From the IMG/VR virus record IMGVR_UViG_3300042988_000341, positions 24,578-88,577 of that record: 64,000 bases of DNA; one strand, given 5' to 3'. The DNA is from a virus. Under the pieces are notes generated by a model. That model made no database searches. It saw only the letters and a list, made by a program, of their open reading frames with translations, and was not told the origin of the DNA. How positions within the stretch are numbered: the stretch's first letter is position 1; every line of letters starts with the position of its first letter. The position numbers were made by a program, and so were the translations under genes. Shown here piece by piece: positions 1 to 10,495 of this stretch.

Positions 1-2
1 AT

Positions 3-3000
3 ACAGCAGGCACTAATGTATATCTATTACCTGAACCAGTAATGGTCATGGATAGCGGTCGTGGCTATACAAGTCTTCCTGTTATTTCGGCTTACTTCGA
101 CACTACTGAATATCCATACGGTCCAAGAACGCCAGCAGTATTCACTCCGGTGCTATCAGAGACAAAGCTAGTTAGCGTGACACTGACTAATGCCGGCGAC
201 GGATACCCCGTACTGCCTGAGATTAGAGTAGGTGCTAGTAGCATTAGTGGCTTAATCTACACAAATCAAATCGACAGTACACTAAATCAAATTAGTATCG
301 CGGGTCACCCGTTTGTTGATGGTGATTGCGTTGTTGTCAGTGATATTGAAGATGATAGCACGACAAAGAGTCTAAAGAATAATCAGTATTATTACGTTAA
401 GAGCATTGATGAAAACACCATCTCTCTATATAGAACATACAAAGAGGCAATCAACGGTTATACTACAGTCGAAACATTCCTATCATTCAGTGATACAGCA
501 AATAATATCATTACGTTCGACAGCGCGACGAATATAGATAAACTACCATTTGTCACTGGCGACAAAATCAAGATCGTCTACGCATCAAAGCCAGCCTCTC
601 CTGAATACTACTACGTAGAGAATTTAGGAATAGATGGCGTACTTAACGGTGCTCCTAAGATAGCTATCTATTCTACTAAAGAAAAGGCCATGACCGGCTA
701 TTCTAACGACAGAATTACACCATCCGGTTCAGGCTCAATATCTAATACGCCAAGAACAGATTCTACTAGAATCGCTCTATTAGATAATGTAACTGCCACA
801 ATCGCAGTCACTGCCCGCGTAAGTATCTTCACTGATAATCTACCAGTAAGAGAGATGAAAGTTAATATGAAGTTCGATAGAACATCGTATCTAAGCTACG
901 CTAAAGACTGGAATGCTGAGACTGGACTATTCAGTGATGCTGGTTGGGGCACGGGCCTCTGGGGTCAGGGAATTTATTATTCAAAGAATGATCTAGCAGT
1001 ATATGACGGCGTTCTATATCGCGCCAATAGAAATCTAAACACAACTGAACTCGCCGACACCTTTAATCTAGCATACTGGACAGAAGTAGATAGTGGAGAC
1101 GGCGAACTAACAGCCGCCGATAGAATCGCTGGTTTCTATAAACCAACTGGTAGTATGGCTGGCTTTACAATGACCGATATGAGCCAGTTAATGACCGGCG
1201 TAACAAACCCATATCCAGTTGTTAAGAACTTACCATTTAGTGATACTAAGACGTATGCCTTCTTGGCAGGTCAAGTAGATTTAGATACTGATACTATTCA
1301 ACTAAGAGAAACTGCTCCAGAAGTAGTTACTTACGTCGAGCGCATTACTGGAACTAGTAACAATGAGATTAGTTTAACCGCATTACCTGCTGCCACCTCA
1401 GTAGACAAGACTCTGTTCACACTTAAATCTACAGACAATGTGCGTATTGGCGACAGAATTAAATTTGACGGAGCATTATTTGGCAACATCGTTAGTAACG
1501 GTATTGATTCAGAAGTAACTCTGAAAAATAAGAACTATGTTGTATCGTTTATTAACTCATCAAAAGATGTAATCAGCATCAGTGACACGTTCACTAATGG
1601 TTCTATCGGTAATAGTATCTCGTTGACTACAAGTAATGGGTACATGACAATTAAGCCTGTGGAATACACTACTAGTAACATCTATGCTAACGGTATTGTA
1701 TCATTGAATACTACTGACTTTGTGTCAGTTGGTGACTCAGTACGCTTTAGTAATGTATCAGTAACGGTTGATGTTAATCGAACATATTCTAGTACTAACC
1801 CTGCTACGCCAAGTCAATTACTAGTTAGCTCTACGGCCAATATTGCTCCAGGCATGAAGATTGAGTTTAGTGGCGATGTCAGCGCAGCAAACATTAGTAA
1901 TGTTACTCCTTACTACGTAAAACAAGTTATTGATACCAATAATATCACAATATCGGATGCGTTGATGGGACCAGTTCACCCATTGACTTCTAGTGTGTTA
2001 GCGGCAACTGCTAAAGTCACTGGCTCATTTGGTAAGTATGACGTACAGACTGCTACTAAAGTGTCAGCAAACGGATACATCACTGTGTCTAATACTGCTT
2101 CATATGCTAATGGCATGAACGTATGGTTTACTGGCACAAATGCTTCACCTGTATTCGGAGGATTAAATACAGCAAACGGCGGCACTAACTTACAGAGCGC
2201 TGACTATACTTTAACAGTACAGTCGGCCACAGAAATTACATTGAGTTATTCAGGAACACCGATAACAGTATTGACTGCTGGAACCGGTAAGATGACTGCC
2301 GTGGTTGAAGCTAATGGTATCGTCGCTGACACTAACTATTTCGTTACGAGTGTCGCTAACAGTAATATAACTCTAAGTACGACACTTGGTGGCACAAGCA
2401 TTACTACTATGCCTATCTCTGGAACAATGTTAGCTGATAGTAGTCAGTTCTATGTAACAGAAGTTACCGCGGATACTAACAATCTAACACTCAATTCTAT
2501 TGACGCTGTTAAATCATTATCTATTGGTGATGAAATTTACTTTACCGGTAACGCTATCGGTGGCTTAGTTCCGTTACAAACATACACAGTTAAATCATTA
2601 GACTATGTAACTAACAAAGTTACTCTAACAGATACTACTGGTTTATTTGGAGACACCCCATCATCTACGGAACGTATGTCATTATGGCGCGTCAAGTCAT
2701 CTGTTAAGACATCATACGCTAATGGCGATATGGTCAAAGTAGTATACACATTCCCAACAAGCAAAACGACTGAATACTATTATGTCACTGTCATTGACGA
2801 TACTACTATATCTCTACGCACCACTGACAATTCTATCGTTACTATTCCAGACGGCGCCAGCGGCACAGTTGTTAAACCACAAACGATTGTTGCTTTAACT
2901 GATCCTATCTCTTATTCTGTGGGCACGGCGTTACAGATGTTGTTCGAGCAATCTAGTAATCCAACTAATTTTGGGTTAACTAACTATCGTACTTACTGGG

Positions 3001-6000
3001 TAGGGATCATCGATAGTCGTCGTGCCGGAGTATATTTAAGTAAGGATGATGCCGAGAATGATACGAACAGAATTCCTCTTCTAAGTCAAAACGGCGGCCA
3101 ATTCTTATATGGTAGTAACTACGATACTATCATCAAGGCACCTAACGGCACTGCTGCCACCCAATATGACATCGTTGGCGCACCCTTCGAAAGTGGATAT
3201 TCTCCAGAAGAACTAGTAGCAGGCATTGTTACTGATGGTATCAACTTCACAGTAACTACTCGTCCTGGCTCAACATGGGATCCTCTTTCGATTGCTAGTG
3301 GTACTAACTCGTCAAACTTCGGCGGGACGGGCTTCAATATGGTCAGACTGATTAGACAAGCACCTTCTACTAGCTTATACTATTCAGATGGGTCAAAGAT
3401 GTTCAGTGATTCTACTACGGGTATTCAATTTAAGGATATCGTAGTTAATCCAATGTCTATATCTGTTTATGGCAACACTAGTATGCCTGACGGTAAAGAC
3501 GGACAAACTAGATTGACGCCAGGTGATGATTACACAGTTGACTGGATCAACGAGGTAATATATGTAATTGGTAGTGCTGTTGCGGCGTACACCTCATTTG
3601 ATCTTGTGATATACGAAGCGGGCAACGGAAGTCATCTAATTCGTAGCAGTAGTAAATACTTCCCTATAAAGAAAGTACAAGACAATAAAGATAAATCATC
3701 TGGTATTACATATCACAGCGAAATACATTTGGACGTACCTTACTGTTACGTTGAAACGCCAAACGAAACTAACTATTGGCTATCTACGTTAGTATCAGTT
3801 GGTAGTATTACTACAGATATGAAGGCATTAACATATCTGACTAACACTACACATCCGGAATATAGTTCAAGTGGTCACTATACTATTGAGCCACTTCGAC
3901 CATATGATCAAGTAAACGACCCATACAATCCAGCAAAAATTGTATTCACCGAAGAATATGATAATGCCACTGATTACGCCTCATTTGTATTGACTACTAA
4001 TGTGATTGGCATGTTCGTTGTTTCTACAGAAGACATCAATAGCAGTTACTACGTGGATGGTATCGAATACGTTGACTTTGTTGTACCGATCACGGATCTA
4101 GCATACGCTCGAAGTAAACTAGACCTACAATTAAATGGCACTAATGTATCAAACTACACAGTAGTAAATCCAACCGATGTCGAACTAGCGTCCAATAAAG
4201 GTTTCGCCACAATTACATTTAAGTTAAGTGATCTATCCTTATATGATAACATCAAAGTAACTTACGGAAGTAATGGTGCTTCTACTCCGTTAACCCAGCG
4301 AGTAGCAAAGGCAGAAGGTCTACCAAAGGACTTTATTGAGCCAGTGACAACTAAATTAGGCAGTGTCTCGATTACTAGTACAGGTGGAGTATTCTCATGT
4401 ACATCATCGGTGACACTGAAGGTTGGAGATATTATGAGTGTTAGTGGGTTATTATCCGGCACAGGTTCAATCGCAGGCTATGTTAATCCTACTACATATT
4501 ACATTATTGCCACTAATGGCACAACTAACTTTACTCTATCTACTACGTCCGGCGGCACAGCCGATGTTGTGACTACCCTAGGTTCGACTACAGGTCTGTC
4601 ATTTAATGTAGTTCAGGACTATACAGTTCCTAGATTATGTTACACGTTGAATAGCTTCCTTGGAGATGATAACTACAGTTCTATTAAGGTGACCGAAGTT
4701 AAAGCAGATGGGTACTTCTACGGTTCTTCTAGTATTCAAATGAAAGTCAATGATACGGTTACTATTACTGGTGAGTTAATCGGCACTGCGACCATCACTG
4801 GATATCATTCACCTATTAAGTACTATATTGCCGATACTGACGGCTATAGTAAATTCAGTTTAACCTCATACTTTGGTGGTATACCAGACGTGACGGTCAC
4901 CCCAGGAACTACTGTCGGTTTGACGTTCAGTATTGAGAATAACTTAGTAGTAGAAATCGATGGCGTTCGCGTAGATGGCCCATCACCTACCCAAATATAT
5001 CGTAAGATTATTCAAGTTGACAAAGACGAATTAAAAATTTCTTACCCTACCCCAGTTTACGGTATTAGTGAATTCGATATCGAGTTCTTTACAGTGCTGG
5101 TAAACGGTTCGGAAATCCCTCAATTTAACCCAGTGGCCCCAACTGAAATCTACTGGAACTTAAATTACGATTTCGCTAACGGTAAGTTCTATCAAATGGA
5201 CGCTGACTTCATTAACGATGCCTTCAATACGGTAGTAACAGAAGACGACTTAGCAACTGGTGCTTGGGGCTTCTTTGACGACGGCACACCATTCGATAAT
5301 CAATCATCATTTAACGTTGTTCTTAACCCTAATTTTATTAAATTAAAAGACAACGATATTATTACATTATCTTATCAAGTGCCGGGTCAAGTACCACCAG
5401 ATACATTCACAATTGAAGTAGATGAAGATAAGTTAGGAGGCACATTGAATGTATTGAATACGGGTTCAGTATTTAAGACAGGCACCTCTAAAGTAGCGAT
5501 TACTACATTCGGTAGAACAACGGGTCAAAGTTTATTAACTCAGCGTGTAACTGATGCTACCGTTAATTTAATTCCTAGACTATCTTCGTTAGAAGATTTG
5601 TCAGGCGCTCGTATCCCTGGCATCAAGTTCAGTCTTACCAGCCCGCCGCTGATAACGCTAGATACTGTTCATAGCTTGACTAACAAGAGTCCTCTACAGC
5701 AAGTCATGATTCACGGAACATCTGCCAGTACTTTAGATGGCCGACGCTTCTACGTAAGTAGCACTAACTATTATGATATGTCTACAGTACAAGACTCAAG
5801 TAAGCAGGTGTATTTGTACAACGTAGATGAGCCATCTAATACGAATTTGACCAATCGTTGGGATACTTCTTCTGCGTCTCCGTTCACCGCACTGACTGGC
5901 ACTAGTTATATTCAGTTATTGAATGCCGTGAATAGTGGTGATTCAACTCTATCTATTAACCCGTTAGTAATCACTCAACCTGACGGTTACAAGTTAACGG

Positions 6001-7724
6001 ACGTTAGTAGACTGTTCGTTAGTATTATCTATTCACCGGATGCTCCAGGTCCATATATTGGCCATCGTGAATATGTTCCTACTAATTTATTGAGTTTCAC
6101 TCAATTCGGTGACGTTAGTACCTTACTAATTCAGAAAGCTATTGCTCCTGGTGATCAAGTATTGATTACTAGTATGGTGCCTACTACAAGCCCAGACGAG
6201 AATAAGTTTAGAATTAATAACACGTGGAACACAGTAAGTGGTGTGCCTAATACGCCTAAGTTACATCGTGAAAATCAATTCACTAGAACTTATGTAACAG
6301 AAGTGATCAATGACATTAACACTGGTGAATTGTCTTCATTCAGAGTTAATAATCCACAAGCCCTAGTTAAGACAGCAGTATTCAGCGGTAGCGACTCAGT
6401 GTCCGGCGCAAGAGATGTGGTAATGGATCCAGAATCTGGTATCTACTACTGTTTAGTGGATAATGTTAATAACAGACAAGTATCCGACATCAAGATAACT
6501 ACTGTTGCTGGTGTAGCAATCACTGGCTTTGAATCAATTGCTACTTCTAACACCACAACAGTAAAGATTATCTTCTCTAGTAATCCAGGAGTAACTAAAG
6601 TAAATGTAACTATCTCTGCTGGCAACACTCTAATGATTAACGGCGAAGAACTACAATTCTCTTCTATTGTACTAGAACAAAGTAATCCAAGTTATGGACT
6701 AATCTCTGGCTTTAAGCGCGGTCGTAATTCAACTGGTGCTAAAGAAATCAAACTTTATGATATAGTTCAGGGTGTACTAGATGAGAACATCAGTGATGCT
6801 GGCAACGCATATAAGAACTGGTATAGTAACAATATCAAGACTGCTATTACTGCCAATGCTACTGGCGGAACATACACATTCACATATCCTACTGGAGTTA
6901 ATAGTGATGGTTCTACCGCTAGTGATGTTATTGGCTCAGTAGTAGCAAAAGATACAATCGCATTCATAACTAAGAAAACTCATGCTAACGGCAAAACATA
7001 CACGGATTACGTATCTTCTACCGAGACAGCTAACATTATCTATACTAATGCTAGCACCGAAGAATATGTATACGCTACCTATGCTAGTACTGGCGGCAGT
7101 GATACTACCATGACTATGGTATCTACTGCTGGTATTACTAAGGGAATGTATGTTTCTGGCAAAGGCATTACAGCCGGTACAACTGTCACTCAAATATTCG
7201 GCAGAGTTATCACGTTAAGTAGTGCTGTTACTCAACCAGAAGGCGAGTACTCGTTCTATAATATTCCTACAGCAAACGTATTCAACTTTAATATCGACGC
7301 TGACAATAATATTAGAAAGATTGCGGTCGGTAGTACTGTATCGTTCAAGCATGATGGTAATCTAGTCACCATAGATACAATCGACGCTAACGGCAATATA
7401 GTTATTCAGAATGCGTTTACTGTTACTAACAGCTACGCTAATACTCAAGGCGGGCTAGTTTCTATTGCTAATTCTACTACCTGGACTATCGAAACTGCAG
7501 AAAGCCCAGCAGCCAGAGTCGGTGACGAGATTACGACCCAATACCATGACTTTGATATCGCTAATAGCTATCAATCAGGAAATACTTGGATAATTAAGAC
7601 ATCTGAACAGCATTCATTAGTAGCTGCCGATACTACAGTATATCTAACTCATAGTCTTGACCTGCCGCTACAGCTTGATGGCAATAGCACGATTGCTGAT
7701 TTCTTGAATAAGCAGGTTAGATAA
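3..7724 (+). CDS. Giant virion structural protein (baseplate/tail-associated), 5'-truncated by the window
   Basis: The frame is open from position 3, upstream of the ATG at 42. More than 2560 aa, Thr/Ser/Asn-rich, with repeated beta-rich modules (e.g. 'YYVKSID..TISL', 'YYIIATNGTTNFTLS'). Lies in the structural gene block. Confidence 0.7.
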   Translation, partial: TAGTNVYLLPEPVMVMDSGRGYTSLPVISAYFDTTEYPYGPRTPAVFTPVLSETKLVSVTLTNAGDGYPVLPEIRVGASSISGLIYTNQIDSTLNQISIAGHPFVDGDCVVVSDIEDDSTTKSLKNNQYYYVKSIDENTISLYRTYKEAINGYTTVETFLSFSDTANNIITFDSATNIDKLPFVTGDKIKIVYASKPASPEYYYVENLGIDGVLNGAPKIAIYSTKEKAMTGYSNDRITPSGSGSISNTPRTDSTRIALLDNVTATIAVTARVSIFTDNLPVREMKVNMKFDRTSYLSYAKDWNAETGLFSDAGWGTGLWGQGIYYSKNDLAVYDGVLYRANRNLNTTELADTFNLAYWTEVDSGDGELTAADRIAGFYKPTGSMAGFTMTDMSQLMTGVTNPYPVVKNLPFSDTKTYAFLAGQVDLDTDTIQLRETAPEVVTYVERITGTSNNEISLTALPAATSVDKTLFTLKSTDNVRIGDRIKFDGALFGNIVSNGIDSEVTLKNKNYVVSFINSSKDVISISDTFTNGSIGNSISLTTSNGYMTIKPVEYTTSNIYANGIVSLNTTDFVSVGDSVRFSNVSVTVDVNRTYSSTNPATPSQLLVSSTANIAPGMKIEFSGDVSAANISNVTPYYVKQVIDTNNITISDALMGPVHPLTSSVLAATAKVTGSFGKYDVQTATKVSANGYITVSNTASYANGMNVWFTGTNASPVFGGLNTANGGTNLQSADYTLTVQSATEITLSYSGTPITVLTAGTGKMTAVVEANGIVADTNYFVTSVANSNITLSTTLGGTSITTMPISGTMLADSSQFYVTEVTADTNNLTLNSIDAVKSLSIGDEIYFTGNAIGGLVPLQTYTVKSLDYVTNKVTLTDTTGLFGDTPSSTERMSLWRVKSSVKTSYANGDMVKVVYTFPTSKTTEYYYVTVIDDTTISLRTTDNSIVTIPDGASGTVVKPQTIVALTDPISYSVGTALQMLFEQSSNPTNFGLTNYRTYWVGIIDSRRAGVYLSKDDAENDTNRIPLLSQNGGQFLYGSNYDTIIKAPNGTAATQYDIVGAPFESGYSPEELVAGIVTDGINFTVTTRPGSTWDPLSIASGTNSSNFGGTGFNMVRLIRQAPSTSLYYSDGSKMFSDSTTGIQFKDIVVNPMSISVYGNTSMPDGKDGQTRLTPGDDYTVDWINEVIYVIGSAVAAYTSFDLVIYEAGNGSHLIRSSSKYFPIKKVQDNKDKSSGITYHSEIHLDVPYCYVETPNETNYWLSTLVSVGSITTDMKALTYLTNTTHPEYSSSGHYTIEPLRPYDQVNDPYNPAKIVFTEEYDNATDYASFVLTTNVIGMFVVSTEDINSSYYVDGIEYVDFVVPITDLAYARSKLDLQLNGTNVSNYTVVNPTDVELASNKGFATITFKLSDLSLYDNIKVTYGSNGASTPLTQRVAKAEGLPKDFIEPVTTKLGSVSITSTGGVFSCTSSVTLKVGDIMSVSGLLSGTGSIAGYVNPTTYYIIATNGTTNFTLSTTSGGTADVVTTLGSTTGLSFNVVQDYTVPRLCYTLNSFLGDDNYSSIKVTEVKADGYFYGSSSIQMKVNDTVTITGELIGTATITGYHSPIKYYIADTDGYSKFSLTSYFGGIPDVTVTPGTTVGLTFSIENNLVVEIDGVRVDGPSPTQIYRKIIQVDKDELKISYPTPVYGISEFDIEFFTVLVNGSEIPQFNPVAPTEIYWNLNYDFANGKFYQMDADFINDAFNTVVTEDDLATGAWGFFDDGTPFDNQSSFNVVLNPNFIKLKDNDIITLSYQVPGQVPPDTFTIEVDEDKLGGTLNVLNTGSVFKTGTSKVAITTFGRTTGQSLLTQRVTDATVNLIPRLSSLEDLSGARIPGIKFSLTSPPLITLDTVHSLTNKSPLQQVMIHGTSASTLDGRRFYVSSTNYYDMSTVQDSSKQVYLYNVDEPSNTNLTNRWDTSSASPFTALTGTSYIQLLNAVNSGDSTLSINPLVITQPDGYKLTDVSRLFVSIIYSPDAPGPYIGHREYVPTNLLSFTQFGDVSTLLIQKAIAPGDQVLITSMVPTTSPDENKFRINNTWNTVSGVPNTPKLHRENQFTRTYVTEVINDINTGELSSFRVNNPQALVKTAVFSGSDSVSGARDVVMDPESGIYYCLVDNVNNRQVSDIKITTVAGVAITGFESIATSNTTTVKIIFSSNPGVTKVNVTISAGNTLMINGEELQFSSIVLEQSNPSYGLISGFKRGRNSTGAKEIKLYDIVQGVLDENISDAGNAYKNWYSNNIKTAITANATGGTYTFTYPTGVNSDGSTASDVIGSVVAKDTIAFITKKTHANGKTYTDYVSSTETANIIYTNASTEEYVYATYASTGGSDTTMTMVSTAGITKGMYVSGKGITAGTTVTQIFGRVITLSSAVTQPEGEYSFYNIPTANVFNFNIDADNNIRKIAVGSTVSFKHDGNLVTIDTIDANGNIVIQNAFTVTNSYANTQGGLVSIANSTTWTIETAESPAARVGDEITTQYHDFDIANSYQSGNTWIIKTSEQHSLVAADTTVYLTHSLDLPLQLDGNSTIADFLNKQVR

Positions 7725-7726
7725 GA

Positions 7727-7734
7727 GATAAATA
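7727..7734 (+). promoter_or_regulatory. T4-like late promoter (GATAAATA)
   Basis: TAAATA core 5 nt upstream of the ATG at 7740. The same motif recurs before most structural operons. Confidence 0.65.
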
Positions 7735-7739
7735 TAACT

Positions 7740-7892
7740 ATGACAGAACAGGATAAATCAGAAGCCGCGCCCAATCATGTTAGAACTCCAGAACGAGTTC
7801 CTAACGAAACTGCCGGTTTCTATTTCTCTAGTTTTTTAAAAATTACAGACCCGGACTCGGGCAAAGTTCTAGTACAAACTAGAGCCGATTAA
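7740..7892 (+). CDS. Small structural-operon protein, 50 aa (absent from ORF track)
   Basis: MTEQDKSEAAPNHVRTPERVPNETAGFYFSSFLKITDPDSGKVLVQTRAD*. Fills the gap after the late promoter, and its C-terminus resembles 'HIKIFDPNSGEVLV' in the next gene. Confidence 0.7.
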   Translation: MTEQDKSEAAPNHVRTPERVPNETAGFYFSSFLKITDPDSGKVLVQTRAD

Positions 7893-7905
7893 TAAAGGAA
7901 TACAA

Positions 7906-8523
7906 GTGGAACAACTCACAACAGTAAGCGTCAAGGGACACATTAAGATTTTCGACCCAAATAGTGGAGAAGTTCTAGTGGATAAAGACAACGCCATTAA
8001 TTATGAGAATATTTCTCTAGCTATTGCTAATACCCTGAGCAATCGTGGCGTTGGCACAATCTATCAGATGGCATTCGGCAATGGCGGCGCCTCTGTGGAT
8101 AGTACTGGCTTGATTACATATCTTCCGCCTAACGTAAATGGCGTAAATTCAGAGTTATATAATCAAACATATGCTAAGAATGTGGATGATAATCTAATCA
8201 GTAATCAGGACCCAACTCGTAATAAAATGACGGTTAGTCATGTTAGTGGCAAAACTTACAGTGATATTCTAATCAGTTGCTTACTTGATTACGGTGAGCC
8301 CAGTGGACAATACGCATTCGATAATGCTACTGACAGTGATAGTGAGTTTGTATTCGATGAGCTTGGTCTCAAGTGTAACTATGGCAGTGATGGCACTAAT
8401 ACTCTAATTACTAAACTAATCAGCCACGTAGTATTCCACCCAGTACAAAAATCACTAAACAGACAGATTCAGGTTGATTACACTATTCGTGTACAAGCAA
8501 TCACTAACTTAGTAACAGTGTAA
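7906..8523 (+). CDS. Baseplate/tail-associated structural protein
   Basis: AAGGA SD and GTG start. Motifs 'MAFGNGG' and 'FVFDELGL' resemble phage tail-collar/baseplate proteins. Structural context. Confidence 0.55.
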   Translation: MEQLTTVSVKGHIKIFDPNSGEVLVDKDNAINYENISLAIANTLSNRGVGTIYQMAFGNGGASVDSTGLITYLPPNVNGVNSELYNQTYAKNVDDNLISNQDPTRNKMTVSHVSGKTYSDILISCLLDYGEPSGQYAFDNATDSDSEFVFDELGLKCNYGSDGTNTLITKLISHVVFHPVQKSLNRQIQVDYTIRVQAITNLVTV

Positions 8524-8532
8524 GGAATATAA

Positions 8533-10461
8533 ATGGCAAATTCATATCAGATTAACTATTACGGTAGTAACGGCAATGCCACAATGCAACTAGAAGTTGG
8601 TTACGCCGCCGCATTTGGTCTAGGTAGCGCTAATACTCATGATCTTTCCAATACACTAGCTAACACACATGGCTTAGTATTAATGGGACGTAACTATACC
8701 AGTAATACTGCTATTGATGGTCATGGTAAAGTTACAAATCAAAACTATGTTAGATTAGCTGAGAACTTTGCCAACACCTATACCAATCATAGTAACGCTA
8801 ATCTTTATCCTCAGTTCATTACTGGTCAATTAGTATATGAAACTAGTCCTGCGCCAAATAAGAGAGCTAATACTCTATACCTATTCACTAGTACTGGAAA
8901 TTATTCCACTGCCAGTAAAGTTGAGATTTTAAGTAGTGATAACCCACCCACCAAGATTTCTTGGGGCAGTAACAGCCCTACAGTGGAAAGTAACGTTGCA
9001 GTGACAAGTCAAGACGGCAATGTAGCTATCGGCGTTAATGGTACAGCAAACGTAGTAACTATCGCTAGTACTGGCAGTTCTAATAGTGGTAATATTACGT
9101 TCAATATCGGCACTAATTTCTCATATGATTATGTATACGGCGGCATAGGTAACGTAACCTCTGATCGCTTCTATGCTAATGTCGCTAGTAATGGTTCCGG
9201 CCAATTTTATGGCAACGGTTATACACTAGAGAATTTAAATGGTGGTAACGTAGACGGTGAAGTTAAGTTTGCTAACGTGGCTAATAATGTAGCTGGTGGC
9301 AACGTAAGTGGTCAAGTAGGCAATGCTAATTTAGCATGGCGAGTTTATAACAACAGTCAACCTAATATTACTAGCGTTGGTACACTAACTTCTTTATCTA
9401 TATCTGGCGCTATTAACAGTACATTAACTGGCGCCTCACCATTCAATTTGGCATCTACTAGTCTTGTCGCAAACTTGAACGCGGAGCTCTTAGGCGGGTT
9501 CCCCGGCTCTAAAGCTGCGGTAGCTGATACTGCCGTAATCAGAGATACTAACGGCAGTATCACCGGTAACGGCATCATTGCTAATACGGTGGCAGGTCAG
9601 CTTACAGACGGAGATCAGCCAAATATTACATCAGTTGGTACATTAAATGGACTTACTGTTGGCGGCACTGGTATTGACGGTATTCTAATGACCGGCAATC
9701 AGCCTTTTATTACTACACTAGATAACGTATCGGTATCTGGCAACATCACTGTTACTGGCAATATTGTTGGCACAGTAGCAGCAAGTGCTACTAGTAATAT
9801 CGGCGGCGGCAATGGCGTATTTACTACAAGTGTGGTTTCTCCTACCGGCAGCTTTACTACCACCGTAGAAGCACCATCAGCTAACATAACTAACGTATTT
9901 GCTACTACTGGTAATATTACTACAGTAAATTCAACCACTGGTAATATTACTACAGTAAATGCCACGACGGTAAACGCAACAACTGTTCATTCGTCTTCGT
10001 TAACAACTGGCGCTACTGCTACGACAGGCACAATCACCGGCACATGGACACTAGCTGCTGGCAGTACCCTACAGTCAACCTATGCTGACTTGGCAGAATA
10101 TTATTCAAGTGAATTAGACATTCTGCCAGGTACAGTAGTAGAATTTGGCGGCACAGAAGAAGTACAGATGTGCGACACTCGTAATAGTACTAGAATAGCT
10201 GGCGTAGTATCTACTGATCCCGCGTATGTCATGAACCAAAAGATTGGACAATCTGTGCCTCGGGTGCTAGTGGCACTTATCGGCAGAGTGCCATGTCATG
10301 TATTCGGCACTTGCCAAAAGGGCGACATGATGGTAGCAGCCGGCGGCGGCTACGCTATGGTTAATAATAACCCAGCGATGGGTTCAGTGATTGGCAAAGC
10401 ACTAGAAGACAAACTGACTAGTGGTATCGGCACCATTGAAGTGGTAGTTGGCCGACTATAA
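8533..10461 (+). CDS. Tail fibre/spike with C-terminal YADLAE (peptidase G2/chaperone-like) domain
   Basis: N-terminal 'GRNY..G...NQNYVRLAENFA', repeated 'QPNITSVGTL', C-terminal 'YADLAEYY...GRVPC...GKALE'. Confidence 0.7.
   Translation: MANSYQINYYGSNGNATMQLEVGYAAAFGLGSANTHDLSNTLANTHGLVLMGRNYTSNTAIDGHGKVTNQNYVRLAENFANTYTNHSNANLYPQFITGQLVYETSPAPNKRANTLYLFTSTGNYSTASKVEILSSDNPPTKISWGSNSPTVESNVAVTSQDGNVAIGVNGTANVVTIASTGSSNSGNITFNIGTNFSYDYVYGGIGNVTSDRFYANVASNGSGQFYGNGYTLENLNGGNVDGEVKFANVANNVAGGNVSGQVGNANLAWRVYNNSQPNITSVGTLTSLSISGAINSTLTGASPFNLASTSLVANLNAELLGGFPGSKAAVADTAVIRDTNGSITGNGIIANTVAGQLTDGDQPNITSVGTLNGLTVGGTGIDGILMTGNQPFITTLDNVSVSGNITVTGNIVGTVAASATSNIGGGNGVFTTSVVSPTGSFTTTVEAPSANITNVFATTGNITTVNSTTGNITTVNATTVNATTVHSSSLTTGATATTGTITGTWTLAAGSTLQSTYADLAEYYSSELDILPGTVVEFGGTEEVQMCDTRNSTRIAGVVSTDPAYVMNQKIGQSVPRVLVALIGRVPCHVFGTCQKGDMMVAAGGGYAMVNNNPAMGSVIGKALEDKLTSGIGTIEVVVGRL
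9907..9960 (+). repeat. Tandem coding repeat, 30-bp period (TGNITTVN x2)
   Basis: ACTGGTAATATTACTACAGTAAAT at 9907-9930 and 9937-9960. Confidence 0.85.
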
Positions 10462-10466
10462 TACAC

Positions 10467-10474
10467 GATAAATA
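10467..10474 (+). promoter_or_regulatory. T4-like late promoter (GATAAATA)
   Basis: Intergenic, upstream of the AAGGA SD of 10496. Confidence 0.6.
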
Positions 10475-10495
10475 AACGAATAAGGATAAATTGAG